From: Moniliella sp. 'wahieum'
Lineage: Eukaryota
Length of the DNA stretch: 64,000 nt
Direction of reading: 5' to 3'
Assembly (NCBI GenBank): GCA_003971905.1
Contig: RSEE01000028.1
Location: forward strand, 496,001 to 560,000
The position numbers and the translations under genes are program-made. Positions 1-12,418 of this stretch are shown one piece after another. Every line of letters starts with the position of its first letter. Position 1 is the stretch's first letter. The notes under the pieces were generated by a model. It had not been told where the DNA came from. It saw only the letters and a program-made list of their open reading frames with translations, and made no database searches.

Positions 1-870
1 GACCTGCCCTCCTCTCCCCCCGCGTCCATTCCATCCGACGATGATCATTCCCTTTCCTCCGACGCGTCTACCTCCCCTTCTACTGCCTCCGCCGACCTTG
101 ACGCAGCCGATGCCCCCGACCGTGGTGGCAACGACCACGACGCCAACCCCGCTGCGCCGTGCATCTTCACCTCTGTCACGCCCGCCTGGAACAATGCCAA
201 CCTGCACCGCCTGGCTGACAAGATTCGCAGCCCCCTCGTTTTTGCCCACGTTCGTGCCTCCACAGCCGGGGCTCTTGCGGAAACCAATTGCCACCCATGG
301 CGGTACGGACGGGTAATGTGGATGCATAATGGCCAAGTCGCCCAGTTCTCTTCCCACATCAAACGCCGCCTCCTTGCCTCTTTGCCCGACCATCTGTTTG
401 CGTTCCCCCAGGGTCAGACCGACTCGGAGCATGCGTTTGCCCTCTTCTTGTCTCACTTGACCAATCCGGAACGTGCGACGCCCTTCGCGTGGCGCGAGCT
501 GCGCGATGCGTTGCTTGCACGCACATTGCCGTTTGAATCGCTGGGCACGGAAGCAGGCGTGACCGAGCCGCTTCTCAACTTTGTCGCCACAGATGGCTGC
601 AGTGTTGTAGCTTCCCGCTACGTTTCGTCCGCCACCGACGAAGCCGCGAGCCTCTACTTTTCTTCGGGCACCTCGTTTACCCCGCAGTCCTGGCAAGTAC
701 CGCATGGTCAAGGCCGACAAGCGCGAGCGCTTGGCTGTCATCACATCCGAACCTCTCACCTTTGAGAAGGCCGATTGGATCCAAATCCGACCAACACCTG
801 TGTCGTCATCACACCTCGGATCAACATCTTCAAGAGCCCATCCGCGACCAATTTGCGTCCGAACCGGGCG
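1..870 (+). CDS. DUG3: Class II glutamine amidotransferase, Dug3-like (glutathione degradation); 5'-truncated by window edge; may be the N-terminal part of a fusion with PTPA
   Basis: Frame 1 from base 1 reads PCIFTSVTPAWNNANLHRLADKIRSPLVFAHVRASTAGALAETNCHPWRYGRVMWMHNG..QGQTDSEHAFALFL..LNFVATDG..VVASRY..SLYFSSG. After indels it continues MVKADKRE..ITSEPLTFEKADW..PTNTCVVIT. All are Dug3-type motifs. Confidence 0.9.
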
Positions 871-1299
871 CGCCAGAACGCTCGCCTTCCTTTATTCTTC
901 GCTCGGGATACAGCCCAACATTCCTGTCGGCCCTGCTGCGGAGCGGGCAAAGCAAGACACGTCGCAGGTGGTTCCCCCTGCTTCCCCCGCCGTCGCAGTA
1001 TCCTGCTTCTGCTTCTGCTTCTGTTTCTACTTCTGCTCCTGCCTCTGAGCCTACCGCTTCCGTTCCCGAGGTTCGGCTGACTGATCCCCCCTTGCCACCA
1101 AGCCCATTTCCTCGCCCTCCGCGACCACGCCCCAAGCCCCGTTGGTGGAGGCCAAAAAGGACGCATTGGCTGCGCTCCTGAAACGGCCCTCCAAGGCCCC
1201 CTCGCCCCCTGTTCTGTGACCAAAGAGGAGACGGATACCAGGTCCCCGATCCCCTTGGAGACGCCTAGCCTGAAGGTCACCCCCGTCCCTGCTGCTCAG

Positions 1300-2493
1300 C
1301 TGGAAGGCAGGAAGTTCGAGGCGCCGCCCAAGCGGTTCTCAGTGCGCATGGCATGGACCGCTGGCGCACTTCGCAGACATTTGAAGATGAAGTGTTGTCA
1401 TTCATTTGGGTTTTGAACCAGGCGGCATGGGGCCGGACGCTGCGGGACCCGCAGGTGCAAGATTCAGCGCCGGTCCAAGCGCTGCGCCAGTTGGTCCGCT
1501 CTGTCGATGCGCTGGTCCAGGCCACCCCGGCCGTGGAAACCAATTCGCGGTTTGGCAACCCCGCCTTCCGTGAATTTCACGCCAAGTTGGTGGCGGCCGT
1601 GCCGGAGCTGCATCGTGCGTTGCGACAAGCTGCGCCGCTTCCTCCAGGGGTGGAGAACGAAGTAGGGGTATACCTGACCGAGTCGTGGGGGTCGGTACAA
1701 CGGTTGGATTATGGTTCGGGGATGGAGCTGTCGTTTGTGCTGTATCTGTTGGGTTTGGTCAAGGTGGGCTACCTGGACTTGGAGAGGGATGGAGCGGCGA
1801 TGGTGCTACACGTGTTTTGGGATTACATCCAAGTCATGCGCCGGATCCAACAGACGTATTGGCTCGAACCGGCCGGCTCACATGGCGTGTGGGGGTTGGA
1901 CGATTACCATTTCCTTCCGTTTGTCTGGGGCTCGGCGCAGCTTGCCCCGCACAAGCACTTGCGTCCGCGCGCGATTCACGATGCCGGCCTGGTACAGGAC
2001 TTGGGCGACGAGTATATGTATTTCGCGTGTGTACGCCAAGTCAATTCGGTCAAGACGGCTTCCCCCGCTGGCACTCGCCCATGCTCGATGACATTTCCGC
2101 CGTCAAGACCTGGTCTAAGGTGAACGAAGGATTGCTGAAAATGTATCGGGCGGAAGTGCTGCTCAAGTTGCCCATTGCTCAGCACATTCGCTTTGGCAGT
2201 TTGCTCCCCTTTCCTCCTGCCACACCGAGGCGGAAGCTCAAGAAGACGCTCAGGCCGCATTGGACGAACCCCGAGACCACGATCATGCCCACTCAGATGC
2301 CGAGGGCACAGTGGACTGTGGTCATGCCCACGGCGCCGCCGACGGCCAAGCGGCCGGGTGGGGCGATTGCTGCGGCATCCCCATCCCAGCCGCGTTTGGC
2401 GCGGCACAGGCAGCAGCCAAACAGGGCACACTGCGTGACCCGGCGGCCGGCTTGGGCTTGGGCAGCAGCGTTCGCCGGATTCCGTTCGATTGA
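1300..2493 (+). CDS. RRD2: PP2A phosphatase activator (PTPA), Rrd2-type
   Basis: Motifs [88 protein letters not shown] and the C-terminal [11 protein letters not shown]...RRIPFD* (stop 2491-2493). Several indels; true start unresolved. Confidence 0.93.
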
Positions 2494-2961
2494 TCCGCCC
2501 CCCCTCCCCCTCTTCGGAGATTCTTGCGCTACGTGCTGCCATTGCACACTTTTTTTTTCGAGCACTATCGCGGCTGTCTCGGGACCGGCTGAGGGAGAGG
2601 GATGGATGAATGGATTGATAGGGATTGATATTCGCCCCATGGATTGAGAATGCATCCGGTAGTAGCTGCTCGGCAGGGGGCCAGGGGCCAGAGCAGCAGG
2701 GCAGAGCAGGGCAAGCCAACAGGCCAGCGTACAGGCCGGAACCCCCATGGTTGATCAACAGAGGGGGGGGGGAGACCACAGGGAGACCGAAAATGAGATG
2801 GGGAGTAGGTACTCCAAGCGAGCGGACGGAGAGGCGAGAAGTAAAGTAAAGATAGAACATTCCTTCCTCTCATGGTTGGGGGTGGGACAGAAGTGGGTAG
2901 GCAATATGGTACGGCACGTGTGGTGGCGCCCTGCTACCATCATACCGCCCGCGCCGTCGGG

Positions 2962-5699
2962 TTAGGCTGGGTCGGGGGCATGGCAGGCACCGCTTCCTGC
3001 GACAGAGGGGGCAGGAATTAGAGGCCTGGGTGATCCATCGATCGACGCACTCGACATGGAACGCATGCTTGCACGGCAAAACCCGGGCACGGCAGTCGTC
3101 GTTCCACTCCTCGTAGCACACGGCACAGCAGTGGTCCGCCTCTCCACCTTGGATCTGGCCCTCTCAAACGCTTCCACAATCGCCGGGCGGCCGTGTAAGA
3201 TGATAGTGTCCGAGGCATCAATCTCCTCTTGCGTGGCCTTCTTAACGCTGGGCATCGCGGCACTCGCAAAGTCTGCAGCCTGGACAGCAGCTCCATAAGG
3301 TACATGATCTCCCGCCCGGGCACTTGAAGCGGTAACGTACGCAGCGGATGGTCGGGTTCGTAGTACCCTCCTGTAATGATGGCTGTACCGCACCGGCGCC
3401 GACTCGTTCTCCCCGGCCCCACCGGCCTCGGGGGCAAGTGAGTGGAGCGAATGCCAACGACCAAATGCGGGACAAGGTTGTTAGCCGACGAGGGTTCGGA
3501 TCCCTCTGTCTCCCCCTCGACTTGGCTGGGACCTTGCTGCGTCCGGTCCGGCCCGTCAGACGTCGAGGCCGTCGCCGTGCCTTCATGGTCGTGCACCGCA
3601 TTGGGACGCACCACGTCCGGCCTGGGCTGCGGGTCAAACCGGAACATGCGCAAAAAGACAATCTCATCCTCCGTCACATCGTCCACCCGGCGCCGCGTAC
3701 CTCTTCGGGCACTGCTGCGGTCTCTGCTGCATTGGCAGCATCCGTTGTAGCATTCTGCTCTGCGCCCTGCTGCCCAGCAAGCCGATACCTCCACGCCATC
3801 TCAATGGCAGCGACGAGGTCCGTAGAGAGGGTGTGGAGCCAATGGTCAAAGGAATGCTCAGGACCATCGTCCACCCGGCCCAAACGGGCACGTCGAAGCG
3901 AGGACTCCAACGAAGCATGCGTCCACCCTGCGACGAGGTCAGACCCGACTCGATCGCCTCCGCCTCAGCCCGATCAGAGGCAGTGGCAGAGGAGTTGGTT
4001 CCTGCGACTCGCTCGCATCGCAGCAGAACAGGCAATCGGGTCCCGGGGCCACGGCCGGCTCTCGGCGTGCAGGTGGGGGGCAGGGCCGGGACCAGGCGTA
4101 TCACCGGCCAATGCAGAGCGCAGCATCGCAGGCAAATCCAGGCGCTGCGAGTTGCCCTGCTCTCCCTCGGCGTTTGGCGCAGCAGAAGGGGGGTCGCGGT
4201 CGCTGTCTCGGCTGAGGGAGGAGGGATTGTCTGGGGTACGCCCGGGCCCGCTGCGTCCGAGCCCGGCATGCGAAGCCCCTCGGCGCCGCCCTGCGTGTTA
4301 TCCTCAGCGCCAGAGGCGGGGACAGGTTCGGGACGGGAGTAGCCGGGCGGAACGGACCCTCGCATGTTCCGGCTGTAATCTGCGCCGGGTCGAGTAGGCT
4401 GGTTGCCACCGCCGAGGCTGCAACTGTAATCATGCGGGTCAGGAGAGCTCCATGTTCGCTTGCACTGGACTGCTCCGAGGCATTCGTCCTCGTCGATCCC
4501 GAGGCATGCGGGGCACTGTCTCCCCCTCCCCACCTGGGTTCGGTAGGAGGCAAAGCGGCTGCATCGGCCTGTTCTTCGGTGTGGTTGGAGTTGGACGCAG
4601 CAGTACGGGACCTTGCATGACAGCAGGAACAGATGCCGCGTCGGGAGGAGAAGGTTGAGGCTGCTCCTGCAATTCCTGAGCAGGCACCGTGTTTGGCTCA
4701 GAGGCGGTAGTTGAGGAAGGAGGCTGTGAGTCTGGGTTGGATGGTGGGTTGGATGACGAAGTGGCACCGGGAGGGTGGTATCGCGCCATAAAGACGCCCT
4801 GGACGACGATGAAAGTGCCCGAGGTGACCAAACTAGGATCGGGCGGCCTCCCATTGGGGACGTTTGGTCCGTTCTGTTGATCCAGCGAGCGGCGTTGCAA
4901 CAAATCGTGAATGGCACGCCCCATATCCAGTCCTGCGCCGGGTCCACGACCCAGTCCAGGCCAACGCGGACGGCTGGAACCTAAGGGAGAATGATCGTCA
5001 TGGGACGATTCGTTGGGACCTGGGTCAATGAAAGGCGCACCACGCTCCCGTGTTAGTCGCGTGAGCAAGGCAGGCAGACGCAAGCGATTTAAACGGCTCG
5101 TGGAGCTAGAGAGGGGGCGGCCGGAAGGCACACTGTCACCCATGCTAGGTTCCGACTGTTGCTCCACGTCTGGTCCAAGGGCGGGGGAGTGAAGCGGCCG
5201 GGGAGCGGGGCTGGGGGTTATCCGTACCCGAGAGCAGCGCCACCTACCCCAGAAGGGCGGCCTGCAAGCAGTGCCATAGCCAGCGCATCGATCAGGGAAT
5301 TCGGCTCAGGAGGTCGTGCTTGAGTTCCTTCGTCCGAAGGCTCGCCGGTGGCAGAGGCAGAGTGTTGGGTCCGTGCCCAAACTAGAGTGCGTGTCGGCAC
5401 CTGCCGGCGTGGCAGGCTCGGTGGGTTGAGCTAAGCGGAGCGGGCGGACGGAGGATGGGAGAGGACGGAGCAGACGCCGACGTAGTGATGGGCGCGGATC
5501 CGAGGTTCCCGGCGCATTCTCCTGGGAATCACGCCGGCGACGTTGGCCAGCAAGCGAGAGGGGCGGGGGAAGCGGAAGCTCGCGCTCTGGGCCCGGGGCG
5601 CTCGGGGTGGCCGGGGCGCCGGGAGACGAGTGGGGTGGCGGGCGCCATCGGCTCGTCCTCCGAGTCGTCAGAGCGGATGCGGGACTGGGCGGTGCCCAT
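2962..5699 (-). CDS. RING-H2 finger protein (putative E3 ubiquitin ligase) with long low-complexity N-terminus
   Basis: ATG at 5699 gives MGTAQS (N-myristoylation-like). Internal segments FLRMFRF, LVVGIRS, ITGGYYEPDHP. C-terminal C..CYEEW..CRARVLPCKHAFHVECVDRWITQASNSCPLCR is a RING-H2. Frameshifted; 3' end approximate. Confidence 0.82.
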
Positions 5700-5796
5700 G
5701 GTGGGGATCGGCGCGGGTGGACGCCACAGGAAGGAGCACGACGAAGAAGAGGAGGTGGTGGCGGTGGGAGTGAGAGTGGAGTGGGATGTGCTGTCG

Positions 5797-5831
5797 GATC
5801 TGGGATCTGGGATCTGGGATCTGGGATCTGG
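5797..5831. repeat. (GGATCTG)n heptamer tandem repeat upstream of the RING gene
   Basis: ggatctgggatctgggatctgggatctgggatctgg, about 5 copies. Confidence 0.85.
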
Positions 5832-6759
5832 CAACCAACGAGCGGCCAGGCAATGCCGACGCCGAAAGCGCAAGAAGCGACCCAGCAGGCCGGTCATGCC
5901 GCAACCCTAGCGGGCGTGCGAGGCAGTGGGCAGTGGCCCAGCGCGGTGGCAAGCGGCGCCCACCCGCCAAACCACCCCCACGGCGCGAGTGCTGCGCCGC
6001 CAAGCCCACACACACCCCTGCAGCCAGGTTACGTCAACAGCTGCCCCCTCGCCCGCACGGCGCCAGTTGCGGCGGAGAAAGCCACAGAAGCATGCATCAT
6101 CGATCATCCATCGCGCATGCATCAACCGTACCCCTGCATCAGCGCGTCAGCGCGTCAGCACCAATGCACAATGGTTCAATGTGGCACGCGTCGCCTCTGG
6201 TCGCCGCCACCCACAGCCTGGCCACAGTAGCATACAATGCACACAACGAACACCGCACCACGAGAACAAAGACACATACTAAACTACTTTGTATAGCCGG
6301 TGAGGCCGCCTCCTGTCTCCTCTCGGCAATGTCAACGGGGGGAAGAAATGCATGGAACGAGAGAAAGGCCAGTAACCCTGGTGTGCAATGGAGGTGTAAC
6401 AAAAGAGTGTGACGCGCACATATCCGAAGAAAGAATGGTTTGTTCATAATGACGACACGAAGGTGACTGCCACAAAAAATGTGCACACACTTTTTTAGTA
6501 CACACTTCTTTCCCTAACATGAGAGGAAAGGGGGAAGAGGAGCTTACACCAAAACGGAGGCCAGAACAGTTGGCGAAAACGGGAGGCACATCTTGTAGTG
6601 ACATCAAAAGGTGGTAAGTGTGTCCATCGAATTGGAAAGGAGGGGTTGAATCTGTGTGAGTGTCGAGTATATGCCTAGCGGTCTGAGTAAAAAAACGCAG
6701 CAAAGACAGAGAAGATCGAGCCGTTCAGTATTAGGAAACAGGCGTTGCGTTGAGGAGTT

Positions 6760-7107
6760 TCATCGACGTATGTCCTTTGCGTAGGCCATGCGGCTAGAAG
6801 AAGGAAGTTGACAGGTGAAAGAGAATGGCGTGTGGATGGACACTTACTACAGAGGGTTGCCGCAGCAAGTGAGGGGGATCATGTTATGCTTGCGGTGAAC
6901 AGGTGTGGGTGAATCCCGGTGCGTAGTACCCACATCTGATCACCCCGTTCTTCGCGCCGTGTCCATAATGATGGAGAACAGCGCACAGCCGACGACCCAG
7001 CTGCCGACGAGCATAATACCGACTTGCGCGGCACAGGCGAAGAGAATGGCAGTGAAGTGGAAGGGAGCGCGTCGGGCAAGGAAAGTGATTGGACGAGCAC
7101 CGGCCAT
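6760..7107 (-). CDS. Putative small membrane protein (about 100 aa), unknown function
   Basis: Strong Kozak context ttcaccATGG at 7107. Hydrophobic stretch AILFACAAQVGIMLVGSWVVGCALFSII. Candidate intron GTAAGT..CTAG at 6847-6794 gives the C-terminus NMIPLTCCGNPLYRMAYAKDIRR*. Needs about two indel corrections. Confidence 0.4.
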
Positions 7108-8027
7108 GGTGAAAGAGAGACCTAAGAGGGGGGCGTCGAGAAGGTGTGTTAGGAGTTGTGGTGGTGGAGAGGGACTGGAAAGGGACACGGGCGTGTGGTT
7201 TGGATGCGGCAGGAGGTGGCTGGGCCTGGGCGTGGGTCCGTCAGACGAGGCGCGGGCGTCGTGCTCGGTGGTGGTGGCCGAAACATGGCTGCATGCATAC
7301 GAAAGGCATGCTCTTGTTTGCCTGATCGAGATTAAGCTCGCAGCGCTTGCTGAGTTTTTGCTTGTGGGCTGTGTGGGCCTGCAAAAGGGGGGGGGATTGA
7401 ACTTACACCCATGTGTGTATAAGCGAGACAACAAGACGCTGTGGAAACATCCCCGAGAGGAAGAGGCCCCTCTCGTCTCCCTTCAATCTTGCAGCATGTT
7501 GGGAGATTCAGCCGTGCCGCGGTGGGAGAGAAAGACGCATCCTGTTTGCGTGCGCATTAGTAGTATACACTCACAGTTGCTGGTTGGCTTGGACCACCAC
7601 ACCACCACTATAGTGCGATTGCATCACTCCCCAGGACCACACATCATCTCATCAGATCCACTTTGCTCTTCGATTGTGGTGGTGGGGTTGTCATGTTTAC
7701 TATCAGCTGTGGAGGAAACGGTATATATATATATGAAATGGCCGCGTGAAGAACGTTTCCATTAATTGAACGAAAGAAGGGACAGCTCGGACTAGGTCAC
7801 TTGAAGAACTGAAGCACAAAGCAAGAAAGAGTACAGCAAGGTGCCCAATAATGATTAATGACACGCACCCAATGTCCCACAGAGTTGTAGAATAATACGA
7901 CGTTATACACATGTCGGACACAGGACATGTGTATACTCGGATATCTGTTGAGGAAAGAGAAAGGAACGCCAAAGGCTTCCATCCCCCTCTTCTCTCCAAA
8001 CCATGGGCCAAGGGTTTCTCGAATCCT

Positions 8028-9093
8028 TCAATCCATACGGTTGAAGAGTTTACTTCCGGGGCTTAGGTCCCCAATGGGGAGGGTAAAGTAGGAGCTTGTC
8101 GAGTCGAGCAGCGAGCTGGTGAGGTCCAGAAGCCAGTCATAGCGGTAGCGATGCCAAATGCTCCGCCGGCGAGTTGCCATGCGGTGTGCCCAGTAAAGTA
8201 GTAGCCCATCAGCATCCCGATCGTGACAAGCAGCCAGAACAGCGTCACAGCTAGTGCGATCGAAGCGCGCAATGTGGCGAGAAGGAGAATGAAGGTCACG
8301 ATAAACCACCCCCCGAGGAAGACCCCAATACTTGACTCGAGTTCATCAGGGGAACGGCGGCACCAATCCCAAACCAAGGGATTTGAATAATGGCAAAGCT
8401 AAACCAGAAGCTGCCGTACTGATTGTGGGGGGAGTCAGCGGATGTCCAACTCATGAGGAAGGTAAGCCCCCTGAGAACAAAAACAATGCCTCAGGGAGAC
8501 GTTCCACGCACCATACAGAAAGCCGTGGCAGCGAATGTGTTACCTGAGAAGGGGGAAGAGAAATAGATAATATGGTGCATCAGTGTGGTGTCTCATGATT
8601 ATTGAGTGTGGGACACGACAAAAGAACGATAACGTACCAGTGGCAAACTCCCAGATACCGGCGACAAACTGGGCCAAACCACCGGTCGCCAGGGAAGGGC
8701 CTATGATGAGATTCGCATGGACGATTCCACGAGTCCGGACGTTAAACATCGAAAGCATGAAGACTGTGCACGAGAAGGCCATGAGACCGAGAGGTGTGGG
8801 TGAGGCCAGGCGACTGTGTTGATTCGGTTAGTTTGAACACTCTGCGCTTGATCTCTGGAGAGAAAGGAATTCGGGGGCAGAGGGAAGTGTCGTGCTTACC
8901 GATGGTATACCGGGAACGCAGGTTGGGAGTTGTCAACAAAATGCCCGCCATCAGTGCGGGCACGGTGAAGGGTGTAGCCATCTTCGGAGCTGGGGAATTT
9001 GTTCACCTTGGCTACGGGAGCGGTACTGCCCGTGACGGTATGGTCCAACGGTGCAGTCATGTCTGGCAGAGAGGACGGGTCGTGAGACGTCAT
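8028..9093 (-). CDS. GPR1/FUN34/YaaH (Ato/Ady2) acetate/ammonia transporter, about 3 introns
   Basis: SQPAFPVYHR|RLASPTPLGLMAFSCT (NPAPLGL signature variant), GGLAQFVAGIWEFATG|NTFAATAF, GWFIVTFILLLATLRAS and the end YFTLPIGDLS. Canonical GT-AG introns. Confidence 0.92.
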
Positions 9094-12000
9094 GGGTGTG
9101 AATGCAGGGGAAAAGGAGGATGCGGTGTCAAGGGGGGGGGGGGATAAGAGACGGGGGGTTGAGTAGCAGCTCCCATAGACATCCGCAGGGGTTTATGTAT
9201 CTCCATATCAACCTGTGACTTCTAAACATGCAGCAGATCATCTGATGGCTTAACTCATTCGAGAGGCTCCCTCTCCCCCACATTACTACTGGTGTATAGC
9301 ACCACTAGTGGATACTCCATTCATGCTTTTGTTTTACATGATAAAATGTCACGGCGTGGAGACAGTACCTTTTCGTCCAGTCGCAGTAGATGAATATGGA
9401 TAGAGGACTGATTTGGCCTTCTCGCGGTTGTGCCCCCCCCACCCCCCCCCCACCCAGTCCACCAGTTCCATCGGCATCGCTTCCTGTGTGTGCCCCATCC
9501 CTTATCAGTCGGTTGGGGATTTCTCCCCTTTGGTTACTTAGTCCCATAGGCGCATAGGCCAACGCTCTGGTGCTCCCAAGTGCGCCCTCCTTGTCCCTAA
9601 AGTTACAGACCTGTCACATGTCACTCTTAATTCCACCCCAACGTGTTCGTAAACCCCGCCGGCTTCACTATAGCCACTCGTACTCACACTGCTTTCACTA
9701 TGTCTGCACACCAACATCACATAGTCACGAAAACACCTTTGAGGCTGAAGCTCTGATGGGCTGCAGCTGTTGAGTACATATTGAATTGAAGCCTGAGGCT
9801 CAGGTCCTCAGGCCTGGTCTTGTGTTTTGGCTGCTGGCATTGCCGTCATTGTCTTGGCAACGCTCTCAAGCGGGACCTTTTTTTCGTGATGGATACCATA
9901 CCAGTGAGCCACGAAAAGGTTCGGTTGGGGTGGGATGTTGGCCGCGGTGGATCGAGGATCGCTGTTGCGTGCTACGCAATCAAGTTTTCCAGAGAGAAGC
10001 GGTGTAGACTCGTGTTGGCCAGCATCCTGATCCAGGCACCCCCCGCCGGCTATACTTCTAGGAGGGCGTCGAGCTGCGGCCTCTTTAGGTCTTACTGATC
10101 ATCGATCATACATCATGCATCATGCATCTACCGCCCCACAACTCGCGTGACACGTGACTGAATGGATTTGGCACGGGCGCTGTAGGCCGTCCAGCGCTCG
10201 ATGGAAAAGAGGATCCGGATATCTGTCACAGTCGGGCTAAGGCGAGGGAGACCAGAATCGGACTAGGCCAAGGGGTGTAGCAATCGTTCGTGAGGAAGAA
10301 GCAAGAACAGAGGACATGGTGCAAGTGGAAGAAAACAGGAAGGAGCGAGAGCTCGAGACGAAGAAATAGGAAATGGGAGCGAGATCAGCCAAACTATATG
10401 ACAGTCTCTACCGCTGCTTCTTCGGGCCCGCCGGGACGGGGCGCTGATGCTATGGCTCGCTCTCACACCAAGATGTGTATGACGACACGCCGCCTCTTCG
10501 GCCCCATTCTCAGTGACGCGGTGACGCTGAGCGGAAGAGCAAGTTCTTATGTGGTGTTTTCCACCATCAGTATCACAGTAGCGCGACGAGACCGCCACCA
10601 CCGCCATCACCACGCCCCGCCTTGGGGACCTCCCTGTTAGAGGGTACTGCTAGGGTTCTCCTGCGCGGCCCTCAATGGATCGGTGACGCTCGCCTAGCCG
10701 AGCGGAAGCGTTCCGCTCGCAGGCCGCGCACGCCCTGCTCGCTCCATCTCCCTTCTCTCTCTCCTTTCTCCTTCCTTCAGACGTTGCTTGAAGACTTGTG
10801 GCTCACCACTTTGCCTTCACGCCTTGTCTGAAGGCTGCTTTGCAGCTGATCCATATAGGATCGCGAGTGCTCCCAAGTCGCATTCTAGCACTCCCGGCCA
10901 CGAAGCTGGGGTGTCTCGTATTCCGTGGCTCTCTTCTATCTGGCTTTGGGGCTAGCTCGGACCGGCCTCTCCCTCGGCACTTTTCAGTTTGCATATAATG
11001 GAGTGGAAGGCACAATGAGGCGCTGACGCGCTCTGAGATCTGACGTTGCCGCGGTTGACGGGTTGACGCGTGACACGTGGCGCGTGACGTTGAGTAAACT
11101 GAATTGTGCGGGGGTAGTCCGTATGTATACCGTCTACTGTCAACCAAAACCACGGGTGATCGACACCACGCGACGCGCATACGGAGTAAGAATCAAGCCG
11201 GAAGCCGGACGAGAGGATGTGGGGAGTGCGGGCTACTTTGGCCGTGCAAGTCTCGCTATACCGTCGGAGGTCAGTGGATTGGGATATGCCAATGCAGGGC
11301 ATGTGGTGAGTGGGAACCCACCGGCTATGGAGCCGAGGGGTGTTAGGATAGCGCTTGGCCCGGTGAGGACGTCCACCGATAGATGGGTTACCGGTTACCA
11401 GTTAAACATGAATTACCAAAGCCCTAAAAGACCCCAACAAGCTGGAAACATAGGAACAATCGGGGTATTGTGGTCTTCGTATAGGTGTTTGAGAGTGCGG
11501 AGGAAGGGTACCTGAGTACTACCAATGTAGCTGCAACTATGGCTGCTATGTTCAGAGTGGGGGCAGCAGTTCTGTTCTGAGATCTGACGGCCGTATCGGC
11601 ACGGGGGTGGAGGCTTGCCGGCTACCGGTTACCGGTTATTCTGGGCCAAAAATCCACACTCAAACAATTTCTTCGCGCCGGTAGATGCTTGCTTCGGGTC
11701 CCGGTGGGGCGGTTTGTACCAGCGAAGATAGTAGGCGCGCGGGGCGCGCTTGGGGACAATGTAGAAGACCAGAGAGCGCAGTTGATGGTGTATTGCATTG
11801 CACATGAGCTACAGAGGCTAGAGAATATTCCCTACCGGCGCCACTACACACCATGTGGTGTCACAGACAAAAAGACGCGAGCGTTCGTTAGTAGTTTCTC
11901 CCAGGATTCAGGTAGTACCGGTTACCGGTCGGGGCGTTGGGGGGGTATTGGATCACTTTCTCAATCTCAGCATCCCAGCTCTTACACCTTCCTTTTTTAA

Positions 12001-12418
12001 GTCCACACAACATTCGATGTGCTGAACACAGCATCCGATCCGACGCCCATATCGAGCTGGTGCCGCCCACCACACCCGGGGTGAAACAATGGACCGATAG
12101 CGCCAGTCCCGAGGACCCGGTCTGACGCGTGACGTGTTGGTGCCCACCACATTGGTTGGGGAATACTTCGAGTAGTGAAGGCCACGCTGAGACCGTGCTG
12201 ACTGTGTATGAGGGCTGAATGTTCCACGTTCCACTCTTAACAAAGCCATGGATTTCCGCACAAACGGCGCGACGCACAATGGGGAACGCGGGAAGATGGT
12301 GGTACTGAGTACCTTTTGAAGGGGGTGGGAGGAGCAGAACCAAGAGGGTTGTCTATGTGCGTGTGAGGGAGGATGTAGGGGCGGGGGGGGATTGAGGATA
12401 GAGGGGAACACGAACGGT

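Noticed and set aside
6905..7765. 286-aa plus-strand ORF
   Set aside because: It has a non-ATG start, no recognisable motif, and is antisense to a better-supported small ORF.
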